A stretch of 64,000 bases of DNA from a virus: the IMG/VR virus record IMGVR_UViG_3300037493_005292, positions 34,877 through 98,876 of that record. One strand, 5' to 3'. Of this stretch, positions 8,793-19,116 are shown in pieces. The position numbers were made by a program, and so were the translations under genes. Numbering within the stretch: position 1 is the first letter of the stretch; each line of letters begins with the position of its first letter. Below the pieces are notes generated by a model. The model was not told the DNA's origin and ran no database searches. It was given only the letters and a program-made list of their open reading frames with translations.

Positions 8793-11669
8793 ATGGCTGG
8801 CAAACAGTATATCGATTTTGAGCACGGTACGGACACTGGCGAGCGCACAGACAGTGATTCCATTCAACCTATCATCGACGGTGAGTCCGTATTGGGTGCG
8901 GTTCTCAATCGCCCGCCTGAAAATCTCAGATACCGCACGGAGCTTCTTCGCGCCTTTGGGGATGATACGCTGTACCGACTGGACAGCGACCGTTGGATCA
9001 TCACAGGCGGTACCGCCGCTGGTGTAGGTGCTGCTGCTCCGGTGCTGACGTCGTGGTCATCTACCACGGGCATTTTTGTCACAACAGGCGACATGGTGCT
9101 GCAGCCCTTGATGGGTCCGAATACGGACGTGAACGAAGTAGGGACTTTCCCGATCGTGGATGGGGGCCTATCAGCGACGTTTACAGTTACTACAACGCGT
9201 AGAGCGTATGCGCATGGTAATGAATCGAGAATCATCTTTGAAGAAGCTCCTACAGCGGAGCTCCCAGGTGGTAACGTAGCCGCAACGCTTGAAGGCTCAC
9301 CGCTTCATACACTGCGTGTCATCGTACGGGATGATGGGCTAACGACGGTTACGCAAGTTTACAACGCCATCGTGGCGCTTGGTGGCGGCGCAACAGTTGG
9401 TATGACCATCGTTTTGACGGGCGACGCAGCTACGAAGATTGACCTTGATCTCATTCCCGCGGAATACCACATATGGCAAGCCACCAAGGTGGCTGACCGT
9501 GAGTTGAACCACATTCCCGCGAGTTCTTTCGCAGCGTTCTTTGTCACATCGGCTAACCGCTTAGCTGATGGGGATTCGATTGGTATCTACTTTCCGTACA
9601 TGGTGGACCCAACAGGAAATAGTGGTGGTCGGCGTGAGTCGACTGTTACGACAACTGACCCAGGGTCTGGGAGTCCCCCGAATACGGGCGTAGCGTACAC
9701 GCAGCTCTTCAACTCGCGCGTACATCCGGAGTACCTTCCGTACGCGATTCCTCTTTGCCGGAGGATTGGAACAAGTCTCATTTTTGTTGACGGTACGGTG
9801 GTTGAGGCGACTGCTACGGATCCGCGGGCCTTTGGTTCGGGGCACATCGTAGCGCATCTACACCACTCCCCACACGCATCAGCTGATACGTTTGATATCA
9901 CCGCGGGGTCTGTGCAGTCGGTGCTGCAGGCATTGCAGCTGTTCGTAAACGATAAGGCGTCGTTGGATGCTGTCGAAACGGTAACTGGTGCGTGGACTAT
10001 TACGGGTGCGTTGAAGTACGCTTCGGCGTATTACTACACACCAACGCCTACTCCAATTGAAGGAAGCATCACCCTCCTGTGGCGTTATCCCGAAGTGGCG
10101 AATGCGAGTGTGGATTGGGATACTATCTCTGCGTATCTAGTAAAAACTTCCAGTGCAGTGTCCGGGATCAACAGCACGCGGTATGTTATTGTTAATGGAG
10201 CTACGCTAGAGTGGCAGGGTTCCGGGCATTATCATGTTAATATCCACACGGCTCCTGTACGCACTACCGGTGATACGGGCTATGTGTCAGTTAACGTTCT
10301 GTCGCACGGTAAAGATGAGGGGACCGCACTAGGTGAGTGTATAACTGGATGGGTTAAGTTCCCGTACATCGCTGGTAACACAACGTTCACACTGGCTGAA
10401 GTATCCCCAATTCAATCAGCAGTCGCGTCTTATCCGGCATTAGCAGCAACTGTTGCAGTCGGTGTGTATCACAATTTCCACGGTGCTTCAGTCGCTGCAG
10501 GATCTGAACTTGTGCTAGCCGCGGGAGGTGGTGATCTTGCATACCACCATAACATAAATCGTAAGGTTACTTATGACTACACGTTAACAGGTACCCATGC
10601 GGCTAAGCGGCTATCTACTGATTTAGACTGCATAAATGGCAGTAGTTACCGCGTTTTTAACCGCGTTCTAAACGGCATGTGTGTACGGCCTGCTAATACT
10701 GACTCAACATACCCTGACGATCGTGGACGTTGGCCGCTGAACTATATCTCAATCGGGCGCGGCAGGGCTATTGTAAACGGCGGGATGTACTACGATGAAT
10801 CCGGTTCGGCCATTGCTGACGTCATGGGGGCAATGACTCCAGGTACAGCAGCTTTGATAGGCTTAACTACGGAGTGTAAGTGGTTTGGGGTATACCTACG
10901 CAGCGATGGTAATTACCGAATCGGGCCGTTACCGTCTTCTTATCACCAGAATAACACTGGGATAGTTGGTGGTACGTTGCACCTTATACCTGATGCGAAT
11001 AAGGATAGCCACTATGGCCAGATAGATTACACCTTAGTTGATGTTATCTGGAAGTATCAAGGAACTGACTCATCAACTGCTCGTTTTGCAAATGTCGAGC
11101 ATGTTGCGGGTAATTTGCACCTAATTCCGGTTGCAAAGGTATATGATTACGGCTCAAGTACCTTTACGAATACGTTGAATCCCGATATCGTAATGCCGAG
11201 CACTACTACGCAGGTACAACTCCAGCTAGAGACGACGGCTCCTTCTACCTATTCGGGAGATCGCACAATTGGTGTTCCCCGAATTTCTGATCGTGCGCTA
11301 TTTGCCGTGTATTTTGATATTTTGTCCGGATCTACAGCAGGATCAACCTCGTCGATGGGGTTGTCATCTGGACACAGTGGCACGGCTCCGAACGACCATG
11401 GAGATCCGTATCTCTGGGGATATAGGACACTGTGGTCAGAAAGAGCTCACGGTGATACGCAGTATCGGCAGGGTAATTCGATTGTGGATCTTCCCATTAT
11501 CGGACGAAACATGGACCATGATGGCTCTAATAGTTATGTGTACGCTTCCGCTAGTCTCGGTACTGGCGGTTCCGTTAGTGGTACTATCAGTCTTTTAGGG
11601 TTCTTCTGGGACAGATTCTGCATGGGAGTATCCGCAATAAACGAGGAATGGTTTACTCCCCAACCCTGA
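8793..11669 (+). CDS. Putative tail fibre / receptor-binding protein
   Basis: 958 aa, rich in G/T/S. N-terminal 'VLNRPPENLRYRT' is a fibre anchor-like motif. GAGGAG SD; last gene of the tail module. Confidence 0.55.
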   Translation: MAGKQYIDFEHGTDTGERTDSDSIQPIIDGESVLGAVLNRPPENLRYRTELLRAFGDDTLYRLDSDRWIITGGTAAGVGAAAPVLTSWSSTTGIFVTTGDMVLQPLMGPNTDVNEVGTFPIVDGGLSATFTVTTTRRAYAHGNESRIIFEEAPTAELPGGNVAATLEGSPLHTLRVIVRDDGLTTVTQVYNAIVALGGGATVGMTIVLTGDAATKIDLDLIPAEYHIWQATKVADRELNHIPASSFAAFFVTSANRLADGDSIGIYFPYMVDPTGNSGGRRESTVTTTDPGSGSPPNTGVAYTQLFNSRVHPEYLPYAIPLCRRIGTSLIFVDGTVVEATATDPRAFGSGHIVAHLHHSPHASADTFDITAGSVQSVLQALQLFVNDKASLDAVETVTGAWTITGALKYASAYYYTPTPTPIEGSITLLWRYPEVANASVDWDTISAYLVKTSSAVSGINSTRYVIVNGATLEWQGSGHYHVNIHTAPVRTTGDTGYVSVNVLSHGKDEGTALGECITGWVKFPYIAGNTTFTLAEVSPIQSAVASYPALAATVAVGVYHNFHGASVAAGSELVLAAGGGDLAYHHNINRKVTYDYTLTGTHAAKRLSTDLDCINGSSYRVFNRVLNGMCVRPANTDSTYPDDRGRWPLNYISIGRGRAIVNGGMYYDESGSAIADVMGAMTPGTAALIGLTTECKWFGVYLRSDGNYRIGPLPSSYHQNNTGIVGGTLHLIPDANKDSHYGQIDYTLVDVIWKYQGTDSSTARFANVEHVAGNLHLIPVAKVYDYGSSTFTNTLNPDIVMPSTTTQVQLQLETTAPSTYSGDRTIGVPRISDRALFAVYFDILSGSTAGSTSSMGLSSGHSGTAPNDHGDPYLWGYRTLWSERAHGDTQYRQGNSIVDLPIIGRNMDHDGSNSYVYASASLGTGGSVSGTISLLGFFWDRFCMGVSAINEEWFTPQP

Positions 11670-11676
11670 TCTCCGA

Positions 11677-12147
11677 CTATAAAATAGGAATTCCCGTAAC
11701 CGTCCCGATCGTACAAGCCCACCCCGTACTAAACCACAAAAAATAGCCGTTAGCCAAGACCGTCTTGGCTGTGGCGTTATCTGGCTGTTGTGCGGTAAGC
11801 ATTGGGGGCAAAATAGTGGCAAGAGGTACGATGGGCGCCGCGGCTATAACCGACGGCCATATCGTCGTAAAGGGGGCGAGCAGCGACACCACTGCAATCT
11901 GAAACAGACTGCAGTGGGTCGCCGGATCCAACGCTCTAAACGATGTGATGGTGTTTTGTACGAAGATAGCACGCGTTGTCTCGAGCGCTACCGGAACCGC
12001 GGGGACAGCACCTACGGCTGAGAGTCCCATCCACGTGATGAAGGCGTTACAGAACTTGGCTGCAGCGTCTTCGACTGTGGCACTTCCGGCTTCGTCGTTT
12101 GCAACGAGTGTGCTGATAAAGGCAGGTTGGGCTACGGAGAGGGGCAT
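11677..12147 (-). CDS. Hypothetical protein
   Basis: ORF track entry 11677-12204. The likely start is ATG 12147, just after the upstream stop at 12149-12151. Confidence 0.5.
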   Translation of the reverse strand: MPLSVAQPAFISTLVANDEAGSATVEDAAAKFCNAFITWMGLSAVGAVPAVPVALETTRAIFVQNTITSFRALDPATHCSLFQIAVVSLLAPFTTIWPSVIAAAPIVPLATILPPMLTAQQPDNATAKTVLANGYFLWFSTGWACTIGTVTGIPIL

Positions 12148-12148
12148 G

Positions 12149-12355
12149 TCAGATAACTTTGTCCAGGAAGGTTGCAGTGCTGACAGCGTATGTCGCAGCT
12201 TCACGCGCTAGGACAACTCGAATACCGGGACTTTCGTTGATGCAGTCCGCGCAGATGAATCCAACGGGATCACCGTTGTAGGTGAATTCGAGGGATCCTG
12301 GCCCGGGTCCATTCTCGCACTCCTCCATGGAACAGAGGTCAAATCCATTTTTCAT
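12149..12355 (-). CDS. Small Cys-containing hypothetical protein
   Basis: ATGA overlap with the RNR stop. Has CxxxxC and CxxC motifs. Confidence 0.55.
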   Translation of the reverse strand: MKNGFDLCSMEECENGPGPGSLEFTYNGDPVGFICADCINESPGIRVVLAREAATYAVSTATFLDKVI

Positions 12356-15030
12356 GAACACACTCCAGTTTGGTTTGAGCAGTTACGGCAAGCGTAGCAG
12401 GTAGCGCCAGTCTTCACCATGGGGTGTCCGCACTCTGGGCAGATGTCTGTTCCAAGGTCGGGGATGGCGTCGTCGATATCTGGGATGCTCGACATGCCGT
12501 TTTCGTAGTTGTTCCCGGGTTCGGGGACATCGACATGTAGGAAGCGGATCTTCATCCACCGCGCGATGTAGTCCATGAGGGACCCCGCGGTACGGATCTT
12601 GGGATTGCCAGTCAGTCCCTGGGGTGGGAACTTGCTTCCGTCCATATGGCTGAGGAGCTCCTCGAGGGGCAGACCAAACTGGAGCGCCTTGGACAACAGT
12701 GTAGCGTAGGAGTCGAGGAGCCCGCCGATGGTCGAGCCGAAGCGCGCCATGCGGATGAAGACCTCCATCGGCTGCTGTGTATCGGGGTCGAGCCCCACGT
12801 GAAGGTAGCCTTTGTGGCCGGCGACCTCGAAGTGGTGGCGTACTGAGGGAACTTCGTCCGGCAGAATCTTGCGCTGCAGCTTGTGCTCGACTTGCACTTT
12901 GGCGATGGCCTCGCGCACGCGCATGGGTTCGTTGAGCTTGGACCCCTGGCGGTAGACCGTGATGGCTTTGACCCCTTTCTCCCACGCCTGCAGGAAGACG
13001 TTTCTCACTTCTGAGACAGTTGCTTCGTGGGGCATGTTGAAGGTTTTTGAGATGGCGCCAGAGACGAAGGGTTGGGCTGCAGCGACCATGCCGATGTGCC
13101 CGTCGATAGAGATGGACCGTGTGCCGGCCGTCATGGAGCAGTCGAACACCGGGAGGTGCGCAGGCTTGAGGATGGAACCCTCGAGGTGCCCGTGCTTCTC
13201 CGCGTACATGACGAGCTCGTCGATGTCCCCGGTGTCGTAGCCGAGCGCGCGGAGCGCCTGCGGGACCAGCGGGTTGACATAGTCGATGCTGCCTCCGCCA
13301 ACCAGGCTCTTGAACTTCTTGAGGCCGAAGTCGGGCTCGACGCCGGTAGTGGCACAATCCATCATGAAGGCGATGGTTCCCGTCGGTGCCAGAAGGGTGG
13401 TTTGGGCGTTGCGGAAGCCGACGCCCTCTGTTGTGGTCTTGTCCCGAGAGCGTTTCCCGAAGCCGAGGGCGAAGGCGTCTTTCCAGCGCTGAGAGGCGAC
13501 GTGCTGGATGCCCGCGATGTCTTTGGCCAGTTTGCTGGTCGCACTCGCATGTTTTGTGAGCACGTCGTCCATGGGGACGCGGTTGACATCGAAGCGCTCA
13601 AACGCTCCTACCGTTTGTGCCAGCTCAGCACTGGTGAGATACGCCTGGGCAGTCATTAAGCTGGTGATGCTGGCAGTCAAATCCCGAGCTGGTTGGCTGT
13701 CGTAGGGAAGACCCCAACTCATCAGCAATCCACCTAGGTTGGCGTAACCCAATCCTAGTGTTCGGTATTTGCGACTGTTCTCGCGTATTTTATCGGTGGG
13801 GTAGTGCGCTCTATCTACGATGATGTCCTGCGCTGTTATCATAATGCGCACGACGTGGCTGAACTTCTTATGGTCGAACTCGCGTTCGTCCTTTTCAGTT
13901 TTAGGAGCGTTAATGAACTTGCACAGATTGATGGAGCTCAAATTACAAGCTGAATCGTCTAGCCACATAAACTCGGAACATGGATTACTGGAATTTATCT
14001 CACCATCATTAGCGCATGTGTTCATGCGGTTAATGTGGTCATGGAACTGCATGCCGGGATCTCCACAAGCGTGCGTGGCCTCTGCGACGCAGTCGATGAT
14101 GTCCCGTGCTTTTACCGTACGAGCAACGCTCCCATCCGTACGGTTAATGAGTTTCCATTCTTGGTCAGCGTTGTAGAACAACCCTTGATGCGCCGCGTGC
14201 ATGAACTCGTTTGTAGCTCTAACCGAGTTGTTACCCGTTTGGTGTCGTGCTGCAGCGTACGCACCTTCACGGTCATTGAAGTCGCTTGAAAGCCCCGACT
14301 GCACGAGGCGCTCAACGAGGGCTTCCTGTTTGACCTTGCAGTTGATGAACTTTTCGATGTCTGGATGGTCAGCGTTGAGGATGCACATGCGTGCTGCCCG
14401 GCGTGTGCGCCCTCCAGAGAGGATGACATCCGCGAAGGCGTCATACCCCTGCATGAAAGACACTGGGCCGGAGGCGTTGCCACCTCCGCGGATGGCCTCG
14501 GAAGATGCACGCAGTTTAGAGAAATTCACACCACTGCCGGCGCCTTCCTTGAAGATCAAGCCCTCGGTCGTGGCTAGTCCAAGGATGCTGGACATTGAGT
14601 CATCGACGCTGTTGATGAAGCACGCGGAACAGAGGGGGTGGTCATTGCCAGGGACACCCATGTTGAACCAAACAGGGCTGTTGAACGAAGCCATCTGATG
14701 CAGGAGAATCATCCGGAGCTCATCTGCGAAGTTGTTCGCGTGTTCCTCGTCAAAATAGGACTGCTCGAGTCCCCATGCTTTGAGAGTTCCCACGACGCGT
14801 TCGAGCATTTGTCGGACACTGGTTTCCTGGTAACTATCGATACGGGAGGCGCGGAAGTATTTGGTAGCAACAATCTTTTTAGCGACATCAGACCAAGAGC
14901 TAGGAAATACGCCGTTGGGATGGTGGAATAACACGTCCCCGTTAATATTGGTTACGGTAACGGGAAAGGTGGTGTATTCCACAGTTTGGTAGGGGTCTTT
15001 GTCCCCTGCGAACAGCCTATCAAATTTCAC
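12352..15030 (-). CDS. nrdJ: Vitamin B12-dependent (class II) ribonucleotide reductase with C-terminal TSCPD-like and Zn-ribbon domains
   Basis: 'FNSPVWFN', 'CSACFI', 'SGGRTRRAA', 'NPCSEF', 'LAPTGTI', 'GAISKT', and C-terminal CPEC..CRNC. Confidence 0.93.
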   Translation of the reverse strand: MKFDRLFAGDKDPYQTVEYTTFPVTVTNINGDVLFHHPNGVFPSSWSDVAKKIVATKYFRASRIDSYQETSVRQMLERVVGTLKAWGLEQSYFDEEHANNFADELRMILLHQMASFNSPVWFNMGVPGNDHPLCSACFINSVDDSMSSILGLATTEGLIFKEGAGSGVNFSKLRASSEAIRGGGNASGPVSFMQGYDAFADVILSGGRTRRAARMCILNADHPDIEKFINCKVKQEALVERLVQSGLSSDFNDREGAYAAARHQTGNNSVRATNEFMHAAHQGLFYNADQEWKLINRTDGSVARTVKARDIIDCVAEATHACGDPGMQFHDHINRMNTCANDGEINSSNPCSEFMWLDDSACNLSSINLCKFINAPKTEKDEREFDHKKFSHVVRIMITAQDIIVDRAHYPTDKIRENSRKYRTLGLGYANLGGLLMSWGLPYDSQPARDLTASITSLMTAQAYLTSAELAQTVGAFERFDVNRVPMDDVLTKHASATSKLAKDIAGIQHVASQRWKDAFALGFGKRSRDKTTTEGVGFRNAQTTLLAPTGTIAFMMDCATTGVEPDFGLKKFKSLVGGGSIDYVNPLVPQALRALGYDTGDIDELVMYAEKHGHLEGSILKPAHLPVFDCSMTAGTRSISIDGHIGMVAAAQPFVSGAISKTFNMPHEATVSEVRNVFLQAWEKGVKAITVYRQGSKLNEPMRVREAIAKVQVEHKLQRKILPDEVPSVRHHFEVAGHKGYLHVGLDPDTQQPMEVFIRMARFGSTIGGLLDSYATLLSKALQFGLPLEELLSHMDGSKFPPQGLTGNPKIRTAGSLMDYIARWMKIRFLHVDVPEPGNNYENGMSSIPDIDDAIPDLGTDICPECGHPMVKTGATCYACRNCSNQTGVCS

Positions 15031-15039
15031 GATTCCTCC

Positions 15040-15633
15040 TCATAGGTCCAGGATTCTTTTGCCTGGGATCCGTGTCTCAGTTGAATCTTCTTTTAGTGTG
15101 AGAATGACTTCTGCTTGTTTACGTGTATGTACCTTATCTGTCAATAACGAATGCGCAATATGTGCTAACCATAACGCGTCTGCAATATCATCGTTAATCT
15201 TTGTAGAGTCGAGGTAAGGCCATCGGTATAACGCGGCTGCAATCATCGCATCTTTTTGTGCGGCACCGCTGCGCGTCGCAAACTTCTTCAGCATGGTGGG
15301 TTGGATTACCGTGGCGTGTATTTTGAAATCAGCCAGGGCCACGAGAAATACGCCCCTAACTTGACCGAGAGTGTCGGCCTTATTGATTGCTTTGAGCGCA
15401 GGTCCTTCGATACAGGCCGTTGACATACCGTGTACCGGGACGTGTTGGGATAGTACTTCACGGAGTCCATCCCGTAAAAATAACAGGCGGTCTTGCTCAC
15501 GTAACTTGCGCGGTATGATACACGCAGTATCAATGACCTCGCCGTCTATCCCGAGAACAGCAATACCTGTGCTCTGAGCCGATGGGTCTATTCCGACGAA
15601 CCGGGTAATCAACGTTGACTCGTAGTTTTGCAT
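15040..15633 (-). CDS. ruvC: RuvC-like Holliday junction resolvase
   Basis: 'VGIDPSAQSTG', 'CIEG', 'PTMLKKFAT', 'DDIADAL'. Confidence 0.85.
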   Translation of the reverse strand: MQNYESTLITRFVGIDPSAQSTGIAVLGIDGEVIDTACIIPRKLREQDRLLFLRDGLREVLSQHVPVHGMSTACIEGPALKAINKADTLGQVRGVFLVALADFKIHATVIQPTMLKKFATRSGAAQKDAMIAAALYRWPYLDSTKINDDIADALWLAHIAHSLLTDKVHTRKQAEVILTLKEDSTETRIPGKRILDL

Positions 15634-15643
15634 CGACTACCAT
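15615..15643 (+). promoter_or_regulatory. Sigma-70-like promoter for the 15675 gene cluster
   Basis: TTGACT (15615-15620), 17-nt spacer, TACCAT (15638-15643), at a divergent junction. Confidence 0.5.
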
Positions 15644-15674
15644 TCTCTGAGACTTCCCTACCGAAGGCAAGCAA

Positions 15675-16325
15675 ATGGCAAAGATAGAAATCACATACAC
15701 GAAAGCGTCGCTCGACAGCGGCTATTTCCTCGAGACTGTGGTTCACCCATACCCCGAAACAGATCCCACGACGTTGGAAGAGTGTCTGATCATCAACGTT
15801 TCTACTGGTGATCTGGTGCGCGTGGCGACCATCGCAGAGCTCACGTCTATTGCGGCTGCTCCGACTATCCGCTGGGTTAACATTCCCACGCTAATCGTGG
15901 GTAGCACGGTTGAAGCTGGGGATGTTATCCGATTCACATCTGTGCCAGACGAGTGGGAGTATTTGGGAGTTACAACGCCGTATAACGTGTCGGTATCAGC
16001 GCTTGGGACAGACGCACCGATTACGGCGATATTGGCAACAGCGGACCTACCGTGTGAGTTCAGCGCGGAGGTAACGGTGGGACTCTATACCTCTACGGGT
16101 ACTGAGAAGCTGCCTCCTATGGCGCATACCGTTACCGTCAATCGGCATGACCCGGCTGCTACAGGTTTGCCTACCTACTGGCGTTGTGAGAGCGTCGTTA
16201 GTATGTACGATACGCTCAATGATGCCGAGAACTATTTGGCAGCGGTGCAGGCGGGCGCAGAAGCGCTAGTACTTGAGTACCGTGCCAATTCGTTCGTGGG
16301 GGTACTCACGGAGATTTACGAATGA
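15675..16325 (+). CDS. Hypothetical protein, probably structural (paralog family member 1)
   Basis: 216-aa ORF sharing a motif with the next two genes. Confidence 0.6.
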   Translation: MAKIEITYTKASLDSGYFLETVVHPYPETDPTTLEECLIINVSTGDLVRVATIAELTSIAAAPTIRWVNIPTLIVGSTVEAGDVIRFTSVPDEWEYLGVTTPYNVSVSALGTDAPITAILATADLPCEFSAEVTVGLYTSTGTEKLPPMAHTVTVNRHDPAATGLPTYWRCESVVSMYDTLNDAENYLAAVQAGAEALVLEYRANSFVGVLTEIYE

Positions 16326-16693
16326 GCGTAACGATCTCAATACGGGAAACACGTACGCTGGAGCCCGACAACTTATACCAAGTACGTGAAGAAGTTACGG
16401 CGTCTTCAGAGATCGCGTCGAGCATCTTTGTATTCCGGACAGTGGACCAGACCTTTGACCATGTAGCTGTGCCCTGGGATATGGAGAATTTGCCGTATGA
16501 GACGCAGGATGATGCAGAAACGAATGGGGCCGAGTTCTATCGATTGGACACGGTAGTCCGTTCGTTTACCCAGCAGAGTCGCGCCTTAGACTTTTCGACA
16601 TACACGCTAGCGCGTATTAACTGGTTGGCAGAAGAGTACGGGTCTGCAACACATGACTTCGTGGGTGTACGTTATTACACCTATACGGTGTGA
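16322..16693 (+). CDS. Hypothetical protein (paralog family member 2)
   Basis: 123 aa, ATGA overlap, 'IFVF..FDHVA..DM'. Confidence 0.65.
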   Translation: MSVTISIRETRTLEPDNLYQVREEVTASSEIASSIFVFRTVDQTFDHVAVPWDMENLPYETQDDAETNGAEFYRLDTVVRSFTQQSRALDFSTYTLARINWLAEEYGSATHDFVGVRYYTYTV

Positions 16694-16696
16694 ACT

Positions 16697-17749
16697 ATGC
16701 AATTTACGCGCGTCAGCCAGGCATGTACGACCTTCCCTCAGTCAGATGGGACAATGGTCTACGACATCACCTCGACGGTGCTTGACCAGGGAGAGCTTCC
16801 GCACGCGAATATCTTCCTGTTCACCATCCTTGATCCTGTAGATCCCAACAGGGATTCGTTTACGCGCCTGGCGAATCCATACGATATCTTGCACGTGGCA
16901 CAAACGCGGGATTCAGCGATAGCTGCGGACGAGACCACCTACCTGGCGTCCGTGATGACGCGTAGGTATACGGATATCGAGGTTGCGGTACAGGCCAAAG
17001 ATGCTGTGCGCTCGCGCATTGATAACTGCGTAAATTCATGGGTCACGTACGATACGCAGTTTCAAGGTACGCTCGAGATCCTGCATCCAACGGCAGAACC
17101 CACATATGAGCAACAGCTCTCGGACGCGTATGCTGCGGCTCGGGATGAGCGTATCGCAGCAGAGGCAACCGTAGTACTTGCGAATGCCGCAGTGGATTTG
17201 GCGCGGGTAACAGCGACCGATTCTCAAGAGTTCGCGGACGCATATAAGAGTGAGACAGAGTACTGCGTTAGCGCCCATAACGCGACCACTGGGTACTTGT
17301 CTATGTACCTTAATGGTCTTGGAACAATCAGCGGTGTTACCGGGTTGCTCGCGGCGTCGAATACCTTCTTGGCAACAAGTAAGGTAGAGTTTGAGACGTT
17401 GTCTGGCTATCCGTATACACCCTCGGGCGTTATCGTAGGACTAGACCCCTCGTTTAACGCGTGGCTTACGGCTATCCGAGCGCACGACGCGGCAACATCG
17501 ACTTTCAAGCAGAACAGCGCAAGCTACGTCACGACGTTTACCAGCGCTCAGACTGCGTTCTGCCAGAACGCTAATACGAAGTACGCGGAGAAGGTCGTGG
17601 AATCCGCGCAGGACAAGGGCGCGTTGGCAGACGCTATTAAAGCAAAAGAAGAGGCCGACGCTACATTGGTTGCCAAGGAGTCTGCGGAAGCAGCAGCTCT
17701 CGCCGCTGCTCGCGCAGTCTGCCCTGATTTTGACCCCAATGATGCGTGA
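16697..17749 (+). CDS. Hypothetical protein with an Ala-rich coiled-coil C-terminus (paralog family member 3)
   Basis: 350 aa, with N-terminal 'IFLF..FTRLA..DI'. Confidence 0.65.
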   Translation: MQFTRVSQACTTFPQSDGTMVYDITSTVLDQGELPHANIFLFTILDPVDPNRDSFTRLANPYDILHVAQTRDSAIAADETTYLASVMTRRYTDIEVAVQAKDAVRSRIDNCVNSWVTYDTQFQGTLEILHPTAEPTYEQQLSDAYAAARDERIAAEATVVLANAAVDLARVTATDSQEFADAYKSETEYCVSAHNATTGYLSMYLNGLGTISGVTGLLAASNTFLATSKVEFETLSGYPYTPSGVIVGLDPSFNAWLTAIRAHDAATSTFKQNSASYVTTFTSAQTAFCQNANTKYAEKVVESAQDKGALADAIKAKEEADATLVAKESAEAAALAAARAVCPDFDPNDA

Positions 17750-17760
17750 CCTCTTCTACC

Positions 17761-19116
17761 TTACCTGTTTCGGTTGAACTCAGTGCTGTTGGTCATGGCT
17801 CCTATCCCCCAGTAAGAAACGAAATCCAACGGGTTTGAGATGTCGATCTGATACCAACTACGTATCTCGTAGTTGCACAATGCGGATAGCCTAACTTCGC
17901 CGCCGTACCGCGTTTCTATAAACGCGATGGGATAGTCAACGGTGCGAAAACCCCGGCTATGCGTGGGACTTCTGGACCTAGTGGAAGCCATATAGAGCAT
18001 GGCTTTTTGCTGTTTGGTCATTTCGAGGTACGCAGGTGGATCTTTAGCATCGTCACCTAGAAGGCCCAATACTGCATCGAATCCTTGTATTTTGATGTCT
18101 TTGAAGCGGTAAGGGTCCCGCTTATGCCGCAGTACAGCGACCAGCTTATCTCCGTTGTGGTACTGCTGTGTTAGGGTTAGGTAAACTACACGTCTTTTGT
18201 ACCGGCGTGAAAGTAACCCGCTGTTGTATGCAATGTACGCAAGCTGTTTGTCGGTGTACTCTGTTTCCATCCCTTGGATAACAGTGTCGAGATACTGATC
18301 CCAGTTATCGTACTTGAAGGTTCCCGTACAATACCTGGCGTGGTAGAAGTTCTTTCCGTTTTTACCTTCTCCCGTGCATCCCTTGTAGAGCAGACACGTT
18401 GTACACGTCTTGCGCTTAAAGCGCACGAGAGCGGCAGACTTAATAGACCTATCACGTTTTTCGTATACGTTTTCTGTGATCAACTCAAAGTGATGTTGGT
18501 CTAGTCTGCGTACGCTGTTTTCAAAACTCTTAGCGGCAGTCATCGTCGGGCTTACGTATTCAAAACCTGCGATGACTCGATTGCGCTTCTTACGCGCCCA
18601 TTCAATGATGTCTTCAGCTCCCTTATCAGATTCTTCTCCGTCATCCTTGAGGGCTAGTTCTTTAGGGCGACAGTGGTTGGTGGTGTCGGGGATTTCCATG
18701 CAGCCGCTACACCCCAGAACGTACTTGTGTGGAAGCGCGCAGCGGTCGTACACGGTAGCTGCGTCAAATGACTCGATGCCGTCTCTGTGCACAATGTCAA
18801 ATGTGCCCCGAGTTACGTCTAGTTTATTGACGTAGTTTTTCGTGTCATACGACGCAATGAGCAATTGGTATTGCCGGTCTTTAGACTCTAGGTCGTATAT
18901 ACGGGGTATAACGATGTACGGGAATCCTAGAAATTCTCGTAGTTGTGGGTTGTTTGAGATGGCGTGTACGATGTCAGGCGTGTGGATGCTGGGAGCGTCG
19001 CCAAAGTCATCAAGATTGATGAATACCAGAATGGGGCGTTTGGAGTTAGTCGCATAACCCCGGGCTGGTACTAATCCGCTCTCCTCCGTCGCTACTGTCC
19101 AGTATAGTTTTCCCAT
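17761..19116 (-). CDS. Hypothetical basic, Cys-rich protein downstream of the RT (candidate partner/effector)
   Basis: 451 aa with Cys clusters (CSGC..HC; CTTCLLYKGC..YC). Overlaps the RT 3' end by 71 nt. Confidence 0.65.
   Translation of the reverse strand: MGKLYWTVATEESGLVPARGYATNSKRPILVFINLDDFGDAPSIHTPDIVHAISNNPQLREFLGFPYIVIPRIYDLESKDRQYQLLIASYDTKNYVNKLDVTRGTFDIVHRDGIESFDAATVYDRCALPHKYVLGCSGCMEIPDTTNHCRPKELALKDDGEESDKGAEDIIEWARKKRNRVIAGFEYVSPTMTAAKSFENSVRRLDQHHFELITENVYEKRDRSIKSAALVRFKRKTCTTCLLYKGCTGEGKNGKNFYHARYCTGTFKYDNWDQYLDTVIQGMETEYTDKQLAYIAYNSGLLSRRYKRRVVYLTLTQQYHNGDKLVAVLRHKRDPYRFKDIKIQGFDAVLGLLGDDAKDPPAYLEMTKQQKAMLYMASTRSRSPTHSRGFRTVDYPIAFIETRYGGEVRLSALCNYEIRSWYQIDISNPLDFVSYWGIGAMTNSTEFNRNR

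Noticed and set aside
12383-13357. 324-aa same-strand alternate-frame ORF within nrdJ
   Set aside because: It has the Arg/Pro/His-rich composition typical of off-frame GC-rich sequence. Unlike the intein case, it has no domain motif or SD.
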